From: Paraspadella gotoi
Taxonomy: Eukaryota; Animalia; Chaetognatha
Assembly (NCBI GenBank): GCA_051294375.1
Contig: CM119270.1
Coordinates: forward strand, 16,364,152 to 16,428,151
Length of the DNA stretch: 64,000 nucleotides
Reading direction: 5' to 3'
Translations under genes and position numbers: made by a program
Notes under the pieces: model-generated
Seen by the model: only the letters and a program-made list of their open reading frames with translations
What the model was told of the DNA's origin: nothing
Databases searched by the model: none
Part shown: in pieces, positions 49,048 through 63,499 of the stretch
Position numbering within the stretch: position 1 is the stretch's first letter
Layout: the number at the start of each line of letters is the position of its first letter

Positions 49048-52000
49048 TTCTCTCTCTCTCTTCTCTCACTTTTTTCTTTGGGGGGTGGGGGCGGTTGGGG
49101 GCGCAGGGAATGGAACGGAGTTGCTCAGAGTCATCTCGTCGCAATTTCTTTTTGTCTTTATTTTCTTTGTTGGTTAATTAGTAACAGACGCAGCCTTTGC
49201 AGCGTGAAATTCTGTAATTCATTATTAAACTTAACGTCACATATAACATTGGTACAATGTAATATTTAGAACCAAACTTTTAAAAATATTAGAAAACGCG
49301 CACGTATTAGCCAACTTCACTTATTAACGTGGAAAATTTTTTGAAAAGTAATTTTAAAAAATAAGAATATGTTATTGTTATTATGTATTTACCTTCGTAT
49401 TTAGTAGTAGTCTAATATTAATAAATTTCGACGACCTTTATCTTCATTTTCCCCAAAGAAAAAGTCTTTTTTTAATTCTGAGATCATCTGGAGAGAAGAA
49501 AAGTTATCAAGCCATGTACATAAGCATGTTCATAAAGATATGTAAAACTGTCTTGAGGTGAGACACATTTGGAATAGTTAAAGAAAAGGAGTTTTATATT
49601 TATTTCATAAACTTTAAAATAAAACTCCTCTTTTGTTAATTAAGAGGTATAAAGGTTTAAATTGATTTGAATTTTCCGCCGTTTCACTTTGGCGAGGGGC
49701 GGGCTCTCTCTCTCTCTTCTCTTCTCTCTCTCTCTCTCGTCTCTCCTCTCTCATCTCTCTCTCATCTCTCCTCTCTCATCCTCTCTCTCTTATCTTTCTT
49801 GAACTCGGGTCAAACTAAAATCCCTCGTTATCATTCAACATCAATTTTGCGATTTTTAAATTCGTCATAATTACGAAATCCTATTTTTTGCTTTCAAATT
49901 CTGTTCACGGTCAAATTCAAAAATTTAAAACATTTTCGTCGATTTGAGATATTATATTCAAGGCAAAATTATTTAGCGGTTCGACCATCCTCTCCCCTGT
50001 CACAATACTAATTGAAGCATAACCATGACGACAAACGCCAATGTGACCCCAGGAGAGGTACAGCTACTACATAAAAGCCTATGCCCCCACAACTCACGCT
50101 CTACTCACTCATCCACCTCTGTAAGTCAGGGCTCACTGAGTTAAGAAACACTCAAAAAGTGATGGTGTCTTGTCATGTGGAAGGTATATTCATTAGGTCC
50201 AGCCCATCCCTATTGGTCAGAGAGAGAACTGTTAACGTTTCATTCCTTATCCCATATTGTATAAAATGTAATCCATATTCCACAGTTCTCGGACTTTCCT
50301 CTGGCATTGGAGAGCCAAAGCTGAGACCAGACCACAGGCGCTACTACTGTACCACTGTGAAAGGGTTACGCGATCATTGAGAGTTTCAGGAAAGCACCCA
50401 AAATGCACAGTGTGAGATGCCTCCTATCGCATTATGGGACCATCTACAGATTGCGCGAAAAGAAGTTTATGCGGTTATGGTCATTCGCAACGCCTTTAGA
50501 ATCGCACGTTCCTTGTATTATTAAATCTAGCTAATTGTTTACTAGTTGCAGAATCGATTTGTGTCCTTCCTTTTTCTTTCTGGAAGGAAGTTGGAATTTT
50601 TTAGGTTTTAATATAATTCAATGTTCATGACAAAATTCGATAATGTTAGGCAAGATCAAGGACTATTTTTTTACCGATAACAATTTTAAAGATGACCACA
50701 TAAATGAGAACTATACATGATTAATTTAAACTTTTATTCTTCGCCTCTCAAAATCCTGACTTGATGAGATCATCAAGAGCTCCTTTTTAAGTCCGCACCG
50801 TTATGAATTTCAGGATGCAACCAAAAACCGTCTCTGTCGGAGTTTGCCGGCAAACCCTCGACAAGAGCTTTCTTGTGGGAAAGGATAAGAACCCAGACTT
50901 GTTCAATTTTATTAGCGTAATATTTGATAATTTATAACATTAATTTATCCGGTCTCTCTCCTCTCTGCAATCCTCGATTACATCTTTCAGGCTCGCTGCC
51001 TATCTCTTCATCACTTTTCTGGCGACCTGTGCATCTTAGCCTTATCACATCCCTGGTCTCTTCTTACAATTACATTCCCTCACATATTCTGCTAAAATAC
51101 CCTTCGCATTATCACTTTGGTTAACTGTCTTCGTCAAAAGGCTTTTCACCATACCATTCTCTACCATCCAACTTCCGTTCTTATTCTTTTCCACTCCCCT
51201 AGCTCTTTCTACTTTTTCTTATTTTCATCTGTCAATAAGCCTTCTTCTCTCTATCCAGCCCCAATCCTCCTCCTCTAGTCACATGTCCTGGCACTAGACG
51301 CTCTTTTCCAGGCGCAAGACTTTCTTCGGGCGCTCTAGCCCTAGACGTAACCGGAGCGACCTCTTGTCCCGACTTAACACTGTCATCTTGTCAAGTTTAA
51401 CACCTGTTCTTTTATTTAAGCCAACAGTTCGCCTCTTTCCCCCTTTTATCGGCCCCAACATCTTGTTCAGCCAACATCCTTCTCTATTCGAACCCCTTCA
51501 CTAGCCTTTTATCCAGCTTGGTAATTTATCCGACTTTTGAAGGGAGGAAGCTTGACGAAAGTGATTGAGGAAAGGTTCCACTTCGTCCATTTTCGACGCC
51601 CCGTACTTGAAGTTGGAGTAGCCGATCGCCTCACCAACTCGGAGAAGAGGGGGGGTCGTCTAGGTGGGCCACCACGCCTGCAACGTCGGCAGAACTGAGG
51701 GTGAACGAAGAACGCGAAAGTATTCGTGCAGATGGAGGACCAATTCTTTTCTCTGTTTTCAGTATTTTGTACGAGACACACTGCTTATCTTAATACCCCA
51801 CCTCAACCGTGCGTCCCGAGTTCAATCCCGGACCGTCCACCGGAGGGAAGGTTTTTTTATGCAACGGTTTTTAAATGTTGTTTTGTTTAAGCGGCCAATT
51901 CGGTGGGATGCTCCAGAACCGGTTGTGATTCCCTTCACCCGGAAAGAAAAGGGATCTGCATTTCCATCTTCTCGTATTCATTTATCTCTTGAAGCCTCGA

Positions 52001-52223
52001 CGTGCATGGAGGTGGCGCGAAGCGTATTGCTGAAGCTCGGGGGTGCGCATCGAAGAGAGACTGAAGAATCTTTGCTCACGTTTTTCAACGAAGACTCTTC
52101 CACCTGCGCCTCGAGCGTTTTGATTTTGCTTCACCTTTCTCCTGATCATTCCGAAAACCCATTGCAAATCAAAATGGATTGTGTAATCAGTCAGGAATAG
52201 GTACCATTAAAATAAATTAACTT

Positions 52224-52324
52224 ACGGTGTTACAGTCCTTCGATCCGTCAAGCTCATGGGAACTGTCTTTATTGGGTTGAACCGGTTCTGTACACGGGTA
52301 ACACATAACAATAATTACTGTCTT
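52224..52324 (+). mobile_element. 5'-truncated copy of the SINE at 11420-11621
   Basis: ACGGTGTTACAG...GATCCG..AAGCTCA.GG...GTAACACATAACAATAATTACTGTC matches the 3' half of the intronic copy. Confidence 0.6.
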
Positions 52325-52869
52325 TACAATTGTGTGTGATTAAGGTCTAACCATCTTTTTGGTTTTTAATTTTACTATCATATTTAAAAATATAGCTGTT
52401 TTTGCTACTTTCAATATCTTCTACCTTAATCAAGGAAGAAGCAAAACTTTTTAGTTTTAAACGTGATTTTTTAGTTTTTTTACATTATCCACTCGCCGGG
52501 ACGTTTCCATCGAAACTTGATTTTTCAAGCTCCATCCACAATTCTTTACCCACATAACATAATTTTAATCAATCGCCAGTACATCTCATGAGTATTACTG
52601 GCATTAAGATCTAAGGGTGAGATGAGTTGATTTATGATGCGAGAGAGAGAGAGTGAAAATGAGAAACGAGGCAACAGATTTTCTACAATTGATTGTTTCT
52701 TCAACGTTTGTGGATGAGTTGAGTGACGCATGTCTCTCACTTGAGACGGAAGTTTATTGAAGATTTGTGCGATAGGTGCTAAGTCGGCTCAAGAGTGCTA
52801 TCTGCAACTACTTTAACCCCATCTTAACAGTCTCTGGTCCTGGGCTTGGACCCAGTTTATGGCATTTCA

Positions 52870-53810
52870 CTTTCTGCCAGGGTAGGTACTGGGTTGGGAT
52901 TGAGCCGATAGTTAGAGTTCATGTGCGCAGGTCATGTGCCAGGGTAGTTACTGGGTTGGGATTGAAGCCGATAGGTTAGAGGTCATTTGTGCCAGCCAGG
53001 GTCATGTGCCAGGTCATGTGCCAATCGCGGTAGTACTGGTTGGGATTGAAAGCCCGATAGTTTCAAGAGGTCATTGTGTTGATGGCTTCCACTCAAAGGG
53101 CCACGGGTCACACCCACAAGGTCATGTGTTGAATGTTCGGCTTCACTCAAAGGGCCACTGGGTCAACCCAAAGGTTTTCGGTGCTTTATGGCTACGGGTG
53201 AATTATATGCCAATGCCCGATTTTCTACAGATTACATTCTCACCATTTTGTGTGGGTTGCAGTGCATAGATAAGTTCTCAACACATGTTGAGTGAGATAA
53301 ATGACAACTCAGTCTCACGTTAGTTGAGGGCTTTCATTACAAGATTTGTCTCACGTTTGTGTGAGTTTTACCATGCAAGATAGTCTTCACTATTTATAGT
53401 GTGAGTTGAGTGAGAATGAGAGTCATTTTTACTGTTTCGCGTTTTGTGAGTTGAGGTTGAAGATAGTCTCACGTTTGTGTGAGTTAAGTGTTTATAGATA
53501 CAAGATCCCATCGTTTTTTGTGTGAGTTGTTACGTTGTTATGCGCAGTCTTCCTGATTTGCCTGGTGTCACAGTGGTTATAAATTTCAAGTTTATTTGGT
53601 CTCACCGTTTGTAGTGTGTTTAGTTTGAGTGCAAGTAAGGTTGCACCTCATTTGTGTGGTTTTTTCGTAGTGTATGGGTCTCACTTTTGTGTGAGTTGAG
53701 TTTTGAGAATAGTCTAACAACGTTTGTCGTCGCTCGTTAGAAGTAGATGATAGTCCAACGTTTGTTGTGAGGTTGAGACTGACTTATAGTCTTTCACGTT
53801 TGTCGTGACG
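52870..53810. repeat. degenerate minisatellite/satellite block
   Basis: Three copies of TACTGGGTTGGGATTGAAGCCGATAG (~52885-53060), two of CACTCAAAGGGCCAC, then many GTCTCACGTTTGTGTGAGTTGAGT-like units. Confidence 0.7.
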
Positions 53811-54494
53811 CTTGAGTATGATATCATTCTGGATTCACTCAAACGTCGGTGTTCCCTCTCAACCGCACTCAAACTATTCCTGTGCCCAACTCTCCTTCCC
53901 TCCTGCTGAAGGGTACGATCGGCGGATTTCTCCACAGAGTTTTCTCATGATCCCCGCGATTCTACCAAGCGTTACTCATTCCAGTTCACACACACCTACC
54001 CCCTTCGTCCCCCTGTCTTCCCTCCCTTTCTTCTTTCCCTCTCCAAACTCCGCTCACCCTCTCCGTGCACTTTTCGCATGTTCGGTACTAACCCGACACG
54101 ACCACACTTCAAGTTTACCTCTTGTGAGCGTTACGCCATCTCAGTGGCTCCTACTGAACCCGGCAGGAGATGGTGGCGCGCAGTCTTTTTTCTGGGACGT
54201 TACTCTCTCCAGCAGCCGACTGTCATCGCACTCGTCTCCCGAGAGACGACGTGAGAAAGCTCCGGGAAAGCACGCGTCACGGCACGTTTGGACGAACGGC
54301 GATTCTTTTAATGTCCATTAATTCCCTCGGATTACGCTCTCAAGGTTATTGTACTCACTTTTCTCTTTTTTTAACTTATACAAGTGTACAACCATTATCA
54401 TCTCTCGATACTCCGCCCCCAGGATATTTCATAACGACATTGGCATTATCAATTTTACAATATACTCTCTCTCTCTCTCTCTCTCTTCTTCTCT

Positions 54495-54536
<42 letters not shown>

Positions 54537-55230
54537 TATAAACAACTCGGACAGGATGACAAATNNNNNNNNNNNNNNNNNNNNNNNNNGAGATAAATAG
54601 AGAGACAGAGAGAAAGAGGAAGTTTTATGTTGGTCCATCACGATCTCGACGCCTCGAAGTCCTCGTCTCATCTTCGCGACGGAGACGAGATTCGAACCCG
54701 AGACACCTTGTTTATGGAGTCGGAAGAAGGTGAGGAGCGTTGGGTATGGAGTGAGGCATCGGATTGTTGAGAGGTGATGTATAGATGAGCTTCTTTTTTG
54801 ANNNNNNNNNNTCGTTTGTGTTACCGAAGAGGTGATGAAGATTGTGGAGTAGGTGAAGTGTCAGGTTATTCCTCTGGATGTTTATGCAAATTACGTAAAA
54901 TGGCATAAGTTAAGTGGAAAATGACCTTCAAAATACATAGCAAAAAAGGGTTCAAACGAGCAACATTTATTTCCTATAGTGAGGTAAATGTGGTAAGTTA
55001 CATAAAATGACGTAAGATGATGTAAAATGTCGATGAAATGATGTTTCTTTGTTTCCTTTTTTTTTCGTTTCACTTCATTGTTCATTTTAATTCTTAACTT
55101 ACTTTTCACGCGAACTTCTTTCACCCCTTACGTCCACAGTAATCATCACTGTCTCTCTCTCTCTCTCTCTAGCTCGCTATTCCTCTCCCTTCTTTCCTCC
55201 TCTTCATCCTCAAGTAAAGTCGACTCTTCG

Positions 55231-55450
55231 GTTTCCATGGCGACGCGTTATGAGTCCTGGGGCGGGTTTTATGGGCAATCAAACTCGGATTGGTCAGCGC
55301 CGGGCGCCGTGTTCCCCTTTTTTTTTCTCTTCTCTACCGGCGTTGCTCGTGGAAATGCGGCGTCCCGAGACGGAATATGGACGTCGGTCGACGATTCCTG
55401 TCACTTCCGGTTTATTTACGAACGCGAAAGGTTTTTTTCTTGCGCGCGCA
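55231..55450. promoter_or_regulatory. promoter-like CpG island with X-box, GC box, CCAAT and ETS motifs
   Basis: GTTTCCATGGCGAC at 55231-55244, GGGCGGG at ~55260, ATTGG at 55289 and CACTTCCGG at 55402-55410. Confidence 0.45.
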
Positions 55451-55672
55451 TCGTTTTTCTTTCCTTTTCTTTTCTCTTTGTGGTTTCGGTGGAAGGGAAA
55501 AGAAGGATGGAGTGTGGAATAAAGAAAATGGCGATGAGGAAGATTAAGTGGGATGGAATAAGAAAGATTAGGTGGGATGGAATAAGGAAAATTAACCCGA
55601 AAGCTTTTTAATGTTACTAACGGGCTTGTAAAATGTAAAATGTTGAAAATATCTTGACAATGCAATAGTAAT

Positions 55673-55734
<62 letters not shown>

Positions 55735-56840
55735 AGAAGAGAGAGAAAGAGAAAGAGAGAGAGAGAGAGAGAATTTCGTTGCACAGGAAACCCGACCTAA
55801 GGCAAAGGCAAAAGGGAGACCAGAGGCCACTGCCCAATCGTGAACAGTCAACGAGTGGGAGACTTGGAAAAAAGGCAGAGGATAGGAAAGAGAGAGAGAG
55901 AGAGAGAGAGTAAAGGAAGGGAGAACACAAGGGAGGGCAGTATAGAGTAAAGGCAGAAGAATAACTGTCAATCTTTCGCTGAGTAAAAAAGGTAGGAAAA
56001 ACAATTGTTAGCCAAGCGTGTAAAATAAAATGAGAAGCCCAGAAATATATTTGAATAGACAATTTAAAAAAATAAACTAACCTGCAACGAAAAAAATATC
56101 GATCCAATTCGGATTGTCAATTCGTCTCAAGAGGCTTCTCCTCGCTTCATTGTTGAAACCTCACAGCACGGCTTTGTTGCATTCTCACGGTGCCGAAATT
56201 TCACATTGTTAAAGTTCCGCAACCTCTCTGCGCCGCAGACCAATCCCGACTTTACCCCCTTACACTGATCCATTTCTTCCCCTCACCCTTTTACCCACCT
56301 TTTCTTTCGTCTCAAACCGGCAATCCATTTTTTTTTCAAAAGAAAACGAGGATCCTAAAAACAAAATGGCATCGCAGCAATTTTTTTCAGGTGAAGAGCA
56401 CAAAAGGGAATCGAAGAGAATTCCTTTTTTCTTTCTTTTTAATTTCAGTTCTTGTTGTATGTAGTTTCGAACTTTTGATTCCCTGGACTCGAAGTCAATG
56501 TCTATGTACTTTTTTATGAAGGTTAATTTAAAAGTTTAACTAATAAACTAATAACGTATTTTGTGACATTATTTATGTACAAAGCCTATATGAGAGTGAA
56601 ACTTTGTACAGATAGGTAAGGAATATGATTAAACTTTCTCAACTCAGGAGCCGCAGTTGCTGCTTGGAAAAAATCTTCGTGATGCTCGGTTTTTAGTTTG
56701 TACTTACACTTACACCAAAAGTCGAGGAATGACGCCTCGGGAACAGCTTATCAGATTTAATGTTTTGAAAGTGTATAGATAGACGGGCTTTAATTTTAAG
56801 TGTTATAGGATTTACTTTTTGAAATTTTTGCGCAAGAGGT

Positions 56841-56932
56841 TATGAAATTGGTACAACCAATATAAAAATTATCCATTCATTTAATAAATAAGCTATCTTA
56901 CCCCTGACTTTGGACAGGCTTTGGTGGTTTAT
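56841..56932 (-). mobile_element. terminal fragment of the GTACCAATTTCA-TA MITE family
   Basis: TATGAAATTGGTACAACCAATAT...AATAAGCTATCTTACCCCTGACTTTGG is the reverse complement of 28155-28255. Confidence 0.7.
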
Positions 56933-58249
56933 ATTACAAATATCCACTACGCTCTCACCAAAAAAATACTCTTAATANNNNNNNNNNNNNNNNNNNNNNN
57001 NNTTTAAAATTAGGTAATAATGTTACAAGTATGCAATTGATCGTAATCGTGTTTCAAAGGAAAAAAAAAGAAAAGAAAGAGAAATAGAAAGAGAAAGAAA
57101 GACAAAAAGAGAATGGAGGCAAAAATCCATGGAAAAGTTATAAGAAGAAATGAAAGAAATACAGTGAAGATAGAAGAAGAAAGAAAGAAAGAAAGAAAAA
57201 AAAGGAAAGAAAGAAAGAAAGAAGAAGAAAGAAAAAGAAGAAGAAAGAAGAAACGAAAGGAAAGCAAGCAAGAATAAAGAAAAAAAAGAAAAGAAGAATA
57301 TAGAAAGAATAAAGAAAATAAAGAAAAGAAGAAATAAAAGAAGAATATAAGAAATCAAAGAAAAAAGAAAAAGAAGGAAGGAAAAAGAGGACGGAAGCGA
57401 GCGACGCGAGCGAGGCGAGGCGACCGACTCGATGCCGCGATACCACCGTCGGAAGATGGAAGAAGCCATTTCAAAACCATTTACTTTTTGAATCCCATTT
57501 GAATCGGCGAGGGTGCGACGAGGAGCGATGAAGGCCGCGATCTTCGGGCCCTTCGCCTCCCCCCCCCTTCGCCCCCCCTCCTCGAATCGTCCGCCTCGTT
57601 TTCCTTTCACGCCTTAAACCTTCGTCCATGAGGTTTTTGGTCTCATTTTTCCTACTTCCTCATTTTATTTTACATTCTCTAACCATTTTCAACTATTTAC
57701 CATTTTCCTTTTGATTTTCAACTTGCCCCTTACTAAGCTTTCTTCTACATTTTCTCCAAACTTTTTTCCTATTTTATTATTTTCTTTTCCTACCATCTAC
57801 TCGTTCTATTCTTTTACTTCGTACCTCTTTCCCTTTAATTTTATTTAATATTACGATATTACGTCACCTTTTTCCTTTTTCTTGTTTTCCTCGTTTCCTT
57901 TTTCTCCTCTTCCCCCATAACCCGAAACCTCGCGCCTCCAACACCGCCGCCAAATTTTCCTTTTTTTTTCTTTTTCTTTTCTAAAATCCAAAATTCCGTC
58001 GGCAATTCCGTCGACCAATCAGAGAGAAAATACGGGAAGCTGGGCCAATGAGAAGACGGACGAGTGAAGAGAAGAGGGGGAGAAGAAGAGAGAGAGAGAG
58101 AGAGAGAGAGAAACGAGACGGAGAAGAGAGAGAGAGAGGAGAGCAGAGAGGAGAGCGAAGAGAGAGAGAGAGAAAGCGCCAGGGAAAAGAAAAAGAAAAA
58201 AAAAAAAGGAGGGGGAGTAATGATTTTTTTTTCCATCCTCAAATTCCAT

Positions 58250-59280
58250 TTTGGCGGGCATTTTCTCATCTCGGGTGCCATCGCCCGCGCTTCCACGGTT
58301 GCGAGGTTCAGTGCCAGTGACAGTTTCACTCGATCCACCTTCGTGAGTCCCGAAGATGACGACGACGACGCGCACGACTGGACGACGACGACGAAAAAAT
58401 CCATCGTGATGATGATGGGCGACAAAGTTGACTGAACGCCGATCTAATATCTTCCCGACAAGAAAAATCGAATGACAATAAGCGAATGGGAGACAAAGGG
58501 CGTGACTACGTTACCGGAGACGACATCCAGGTGATAAGAGTGAAAGATCGAAAACAGTGAGGAGAGAACAAAGAATTATTAAATGTGAAATTTTAAGGTA
58601 CTAAAAAATTAGAGGCCCTATCAATTGTGCTTCGCAGAATGAAGTTTTTTTTGTTTAATGAGAACACTGACATTTGTCAGATTTATTTATGGACATAAAA
58701 GACCAGTTTCCAAGAATTAAATCTCTCTCTTTTCCTTTTGGCGGGATTTTCTCATCTCGGTGCCATCGCCGCGCTTCCACGGTTGCGAGGTCAGGTGCCA
58801 TTGACAGTTTTTCACTCGATCCACTTCGTTGAGTCCCGGAAGATGACGACGACGNNNNNNNNNNNNNNNNNNNNNNNNNNNNNNNNNNNNNNNNNNNNNN
58901 NNNNNNNNNNNNNNNNNNNNNNNNNNNNNNNNNNNNCGACGACGACGACGAAAAATCCATCGCTGATGATGATGGGGACAAAGTTGACTGAACGCGATAC
59001 TATATCTTCCCGAAAAGAAAAAATCGAATGACAAATAAGCGAATGGGAGACAGAAGAGGGTGACTACGGTGACGGGAGCGACATCCGAGTGATAAGAGTG
59101 AAAGATCGAAAAACAGTGAGAGAGAAACAAAAAATTATTAAATGTGAAATTTTAAGGGTACTAAAAAATTTAGAGAGCCCTATCAAATTTGCTTCGCAGG
59201 ATGAAGTTTTTTTTTTTTAATGAGAGACACTGAATATTGTCGAGATCTTATTTTATGACAAAGAAGACCAGTTCCAAAAT
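58250..59280 (+). repeat. ~470-540 bp direct tandem duplication (58250-58715 / 58736-59280), second copy containing an N gap
   Basis: TTTTCTCATCTCGG.TGCCATCGCC...AAGACCAGTT appears twice with small indels. Confidence 0.85.
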
Positions 59281-61259
59281 TAGAACCGACCCATTTAGTG
59301 TTAATTTTATATAAATTGAAATGAAATTTAAAGCGGCGAACAAACTGACATTGGTTACGGTGCTCTTAAACGTTCCGACGTCCTCAAGGTTGCAATTGGG
59401 TTTCTACAGAAGGCCACGGAATCGGATGCCATACGTTGATGCCAGAAAAGAAGGATGGTAATGCGCGGATAACTGATGAAACTGGCCCACGGATGGGTGA
59501 CGTCGACGGCGGAATCCGGGATATGGGATACAGGGGATGTTGGGAGGAAATACAAGGTGTGGAGGGAGAAAGGGTTGAGGTTAAGGGAGGTACAGGGTGT
59601 CGTCGAAAATGGGCGGCGGCGCAGGTAAAACCGGCGCCATTAGGGAACCCGGAGATGAAAGATTATNNNNNNNNNNAACAAAATGAAAAGAAAAGGAGAA
59701 AAGGAGAAAAGGAATACAAAAGTTCAAAGGAAAGAATAACAAAGTGAGAGAAAGAGAGAGAGAGAGAGAGAGNNNNNNNNNNNNNNNNNNNNNNNNNNNN
59801 NNNNNNNNNNNNNNNNNNNNNNNNNNNNNNNNNNNNNNNNNNNNNNNNNNNNNNNNNNNNNNNNNNNNNNNNNNNNNNNNNNNNNNNNNNNNNNNNNNNN
59901 NNNNNNNNNNNNNNNNNNNNNNNNNNNNNNNNNNNNNNNNNNNNNNNNNNNNNNNNNNNNNNNNNNNNNNNNNNNNNNNNNNNNNNNNNNNNNNNNNNNN
60001 NNNNNNNNNNNNNNNNNNNNNNNNNNNNNNNNNNNNNNNNNNNNNNNNNNNNNNNNTGATGGCGCAAAGAAGAATGATTCGGTGTTTTATGGAGAAATAA
60101 TGCGAAGGAAAATGATATTCGCCAAAAACAAATGTGGCTCCTCCGGTTTTTCAATCTTTTTTTTTTGTCTGATAAAATTCGTGATTTTTTTTTCTTTCTT
60201 TTCTTGTTTTTGTTGACAGAGCGTCTTCGGTGAGATTCACTTAGTTTCCTCATACAAAAGACATTCATTGCATCACATTCATACATGAGTTTCCATCTAA
60301 TAACTTCGCCGCCGATGACAACGACAACAAAAGAACAACAACAACAACAACTATTTTCTCCTGATCAAAGATACAAACGCGAAAATTATGCGAGACAAAC
60401 ACAAGACTTGAGATTGGACGACGACTTCGATCTGTCATCTCCTATCATCGATCTGTCATTGAGTGACATCAAATCGAATCGATTCTCCATCAGGATTCTA
60501 TTGATCGGAAATAAATCCATTTCGGATTTCTCTCTTTGTTTGTTTTGAATAAACATTCGATTAACGAATTCAAGAATTCGAATTATGACGTCATGGATTC
60601 ATAGATTTACGTATTCAGGATGAATACGTTAGACGTAAGGTGAATGAATATTGGATATTGAATATTTTTTGAAAGAATGGATAACTTTTAATATTTTATG
60701 TTGGTTGTCCTAATTTCATATAATACTTGGTATTCCATATAATTATTATTATACTTTTTTTTAAATCGTTAATTTCGCCATCTTTTTTTTACTCCGTTAT
60801 TTTTTAAACCGCTTTCTTTCTTCCCTTCCTCCCTATTCTCTTCCCTTCCCTCCCTTCCTCCCTTTTCTCTTTCCTTCTCTCTCCCTTTCTTCCCTTCCTC
60901 CCTTTTCACTTCCCTTCTTCCCTTTTCTCTTTCCNNNNNNNNNNNNNNNNNNNNNNNNNNNNNNNNNNNNNNNNNNNNNNNNNNNNNNNNNNNNNNNNNN
61001 NNNNNNNNNNNNNNNNNNNNNNNNNNNNNNNNNNNNNNNNNNNNNNNNNNNNNNNNNNNNNNNNNNNNNNNNNNNNNNNNNNNNNNNNNNNNNNNNNNNN
61101 NNNNNNNNNNNNNNNNNNNNNNNNNNNNNNNCCTCCCTTCCTCTTTTTTCCCACTCTCTCAGCCAAAAAGACGACTCCACCGATAAATCTGTCTCACTTC
61201 TGTCAATTGATTTGTTTGTCTTCCGCAGCTTGTCGTCGTCGTCGTCGTCGTTGTCGTCG

Positions 61260-61308
<49 letters not shown>

Positions 61309-62475
61309 AGGCGAGACGGTCACGTGATCCCGATATTTGATTCGAGCCTTACTCATTTTTTTCCCCTTCGCGTGAGATTTGACAGACACACGTACTCTCT
61401 CTCTAAGTTTCTATCACGTGCACGCACAACCGCTCCTAAAATTTAACACGCACAGTCGCACACAAACACACACAAAGGCGCACTCACACACACACACACT
61501 TTAAAGCAACAAAACAACTTTTCCGCCGACAGACAATCACCGTCTTTTAGAAACTAAAACAAAGAAGTAGGTTTACGCGGCTCATATTTTCTTTCTCTCT
61601 CTCTCTCTCTCTCNNNNNNNNNNNNNNNNNNNNNNNNNNNNNNNNNNNNNNNNNNNNNNNNNNNNNNNNNNNNNNNNNNNNNNNNNNNNNNNNNNNNNNN
61701 NNNNNNNNNNNNNNNNNNNNNNNNNNNNNNNNNNNNNNNNNNNNNNNNNNNNNNNCGTGTTACCGCCGAAAAATGAAGATCAAAAATTGAGTCAAGGATG
61801 ACATTTACAGGAGTCGAGACGAATCAAAGAAACGACGATGATGAAGTTGAGTGAGACAGAGATGAAGACGACGACGACGACGATGCCGACGACGAAGTTA
61901 ACAATGACGCTGACGACGAAAAAAAGAAGACGTTGAAAAAAAAGAATTTCTTTACTATCAACGTCAGTAGTATTAAAACTACTACTAATGTTTAGTTAGC
62001 ACGGCAACATTAAAAAACATAAATCCACTGAGAAAATTTTTTTTTTCAAAGTAGACCCCGTTTTACCGCAATCACGTCTCTCCAAGAACACGGCTTTGTA
62101 AATTGTATACAGCGCATTGCACGTGGTATTGTATAATGTATATGACATTGCACATTGTACAACATATTTATTACAATAACCACATTCCCCTCTTTTCTTC
62201 GCATGACCAAACTCAACTCTTCCCCCCCCTCGATTCATCGTTGACCATCCCGACCTCGCGGGGTCACTGACCAGTGACCAACCCCTTGACCTCCCGCCTT
62301 CCGCCCCTCGAGTAAATCCATCCAAGAAAATCCATAAATCGTGAATTATTGGCGCCGATATTTCGCCGGATGTATTGCGTCGGCTGCGTTCGCTGCGTAG
62401 GCGGCGGCAGCGGCGGCGGCGGCGGCTATGGCGGTTGTTAGAGATCGTGACGTTAGAATGACCCCAGTACTTGCC

Positions 62476-62590
<115 letters not shown>

Positions 62591-63405
62591 GTTAAGCCTC
62601 TCTACAAACATTTTTCATATTCGTCCAAATTGTTGTCGGGCGCGAAAGATGGAATAACGGTCATAACGAGATCGGTTTTTACGAGTTGATAGAATCGAAT
62701 GTCTCTACGCCGATAGCGAGTACGCGTTAAACGAGATTTTTTTCTCGTAGTAGTGACGAAATGACGCACGTACAACGCGTTGTACTATGTATTAGTCTCT
62801 AACCATTGACATTTTCTACCATCTCATAGTATCTGATCTAGTAATTGGATAGAATTGCCGTAGGTTCCCATGGTCGACCTATTTGCTTGTTAATAATTCA
62901 CTATTCTCCTTTGTGTTCTCGCTTTTTTGCTAGGTTTGTATTTTATTTTATTTTTTTTTTCATTTTATTTTGTCTGCATTTCGCGTTTATTAAATGCTAA
63001 TCAAAATTGCTTCTGACAAAAAAAAAAGCATTTTATCGATAGAACGCATCGCAAACACCATTTCTACCAGTACACTAATGGCNNNNNNNNNNNNNNNNNN
63101 NNNNNNNNNNNNNNNNNNNNNNNNNNNNNNNNNNNNNNNNNNNNNNNNNNNNNNNNNNNNNNNNNNNNNNNNNNNNNNNNNNNNNNNNNNNNNNNNNNNN
63201 NNNNNNNNNNNNNNNNNNNNNNNNNNNNNNNNNNNNNNNNNNNNNNNNNNNNNNNNNNNNNNNNNNNNNNNNNNNNNNNNNNNNNNNNNNNNNNNCTCGA
63301 GGATGGCAGCGAGAGAACCCCGGCGACAGCAGCGGCGGCGGCGATGTCGGGCAGCGTCGGCCTATTTTGTCGGTCATTCGGTTTGATTCGTCCAACTGAC
63401 AAGAT

Positions 63406-63499
<94 letters not shown>

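Noticed and set aside
49998-50410. LTR-like segment starting TGTCAC with ATTGG and TATAAAA
   Set aside because: No second LTR, primer-binding site, target-site duplication or gag/pol remnant was identified.
54689-54699. B-box GGGTTCGAATC on the minus strand
   Set aside because: No cloverleaf or matching A box; at most a SINE remnant, not a tRNA.
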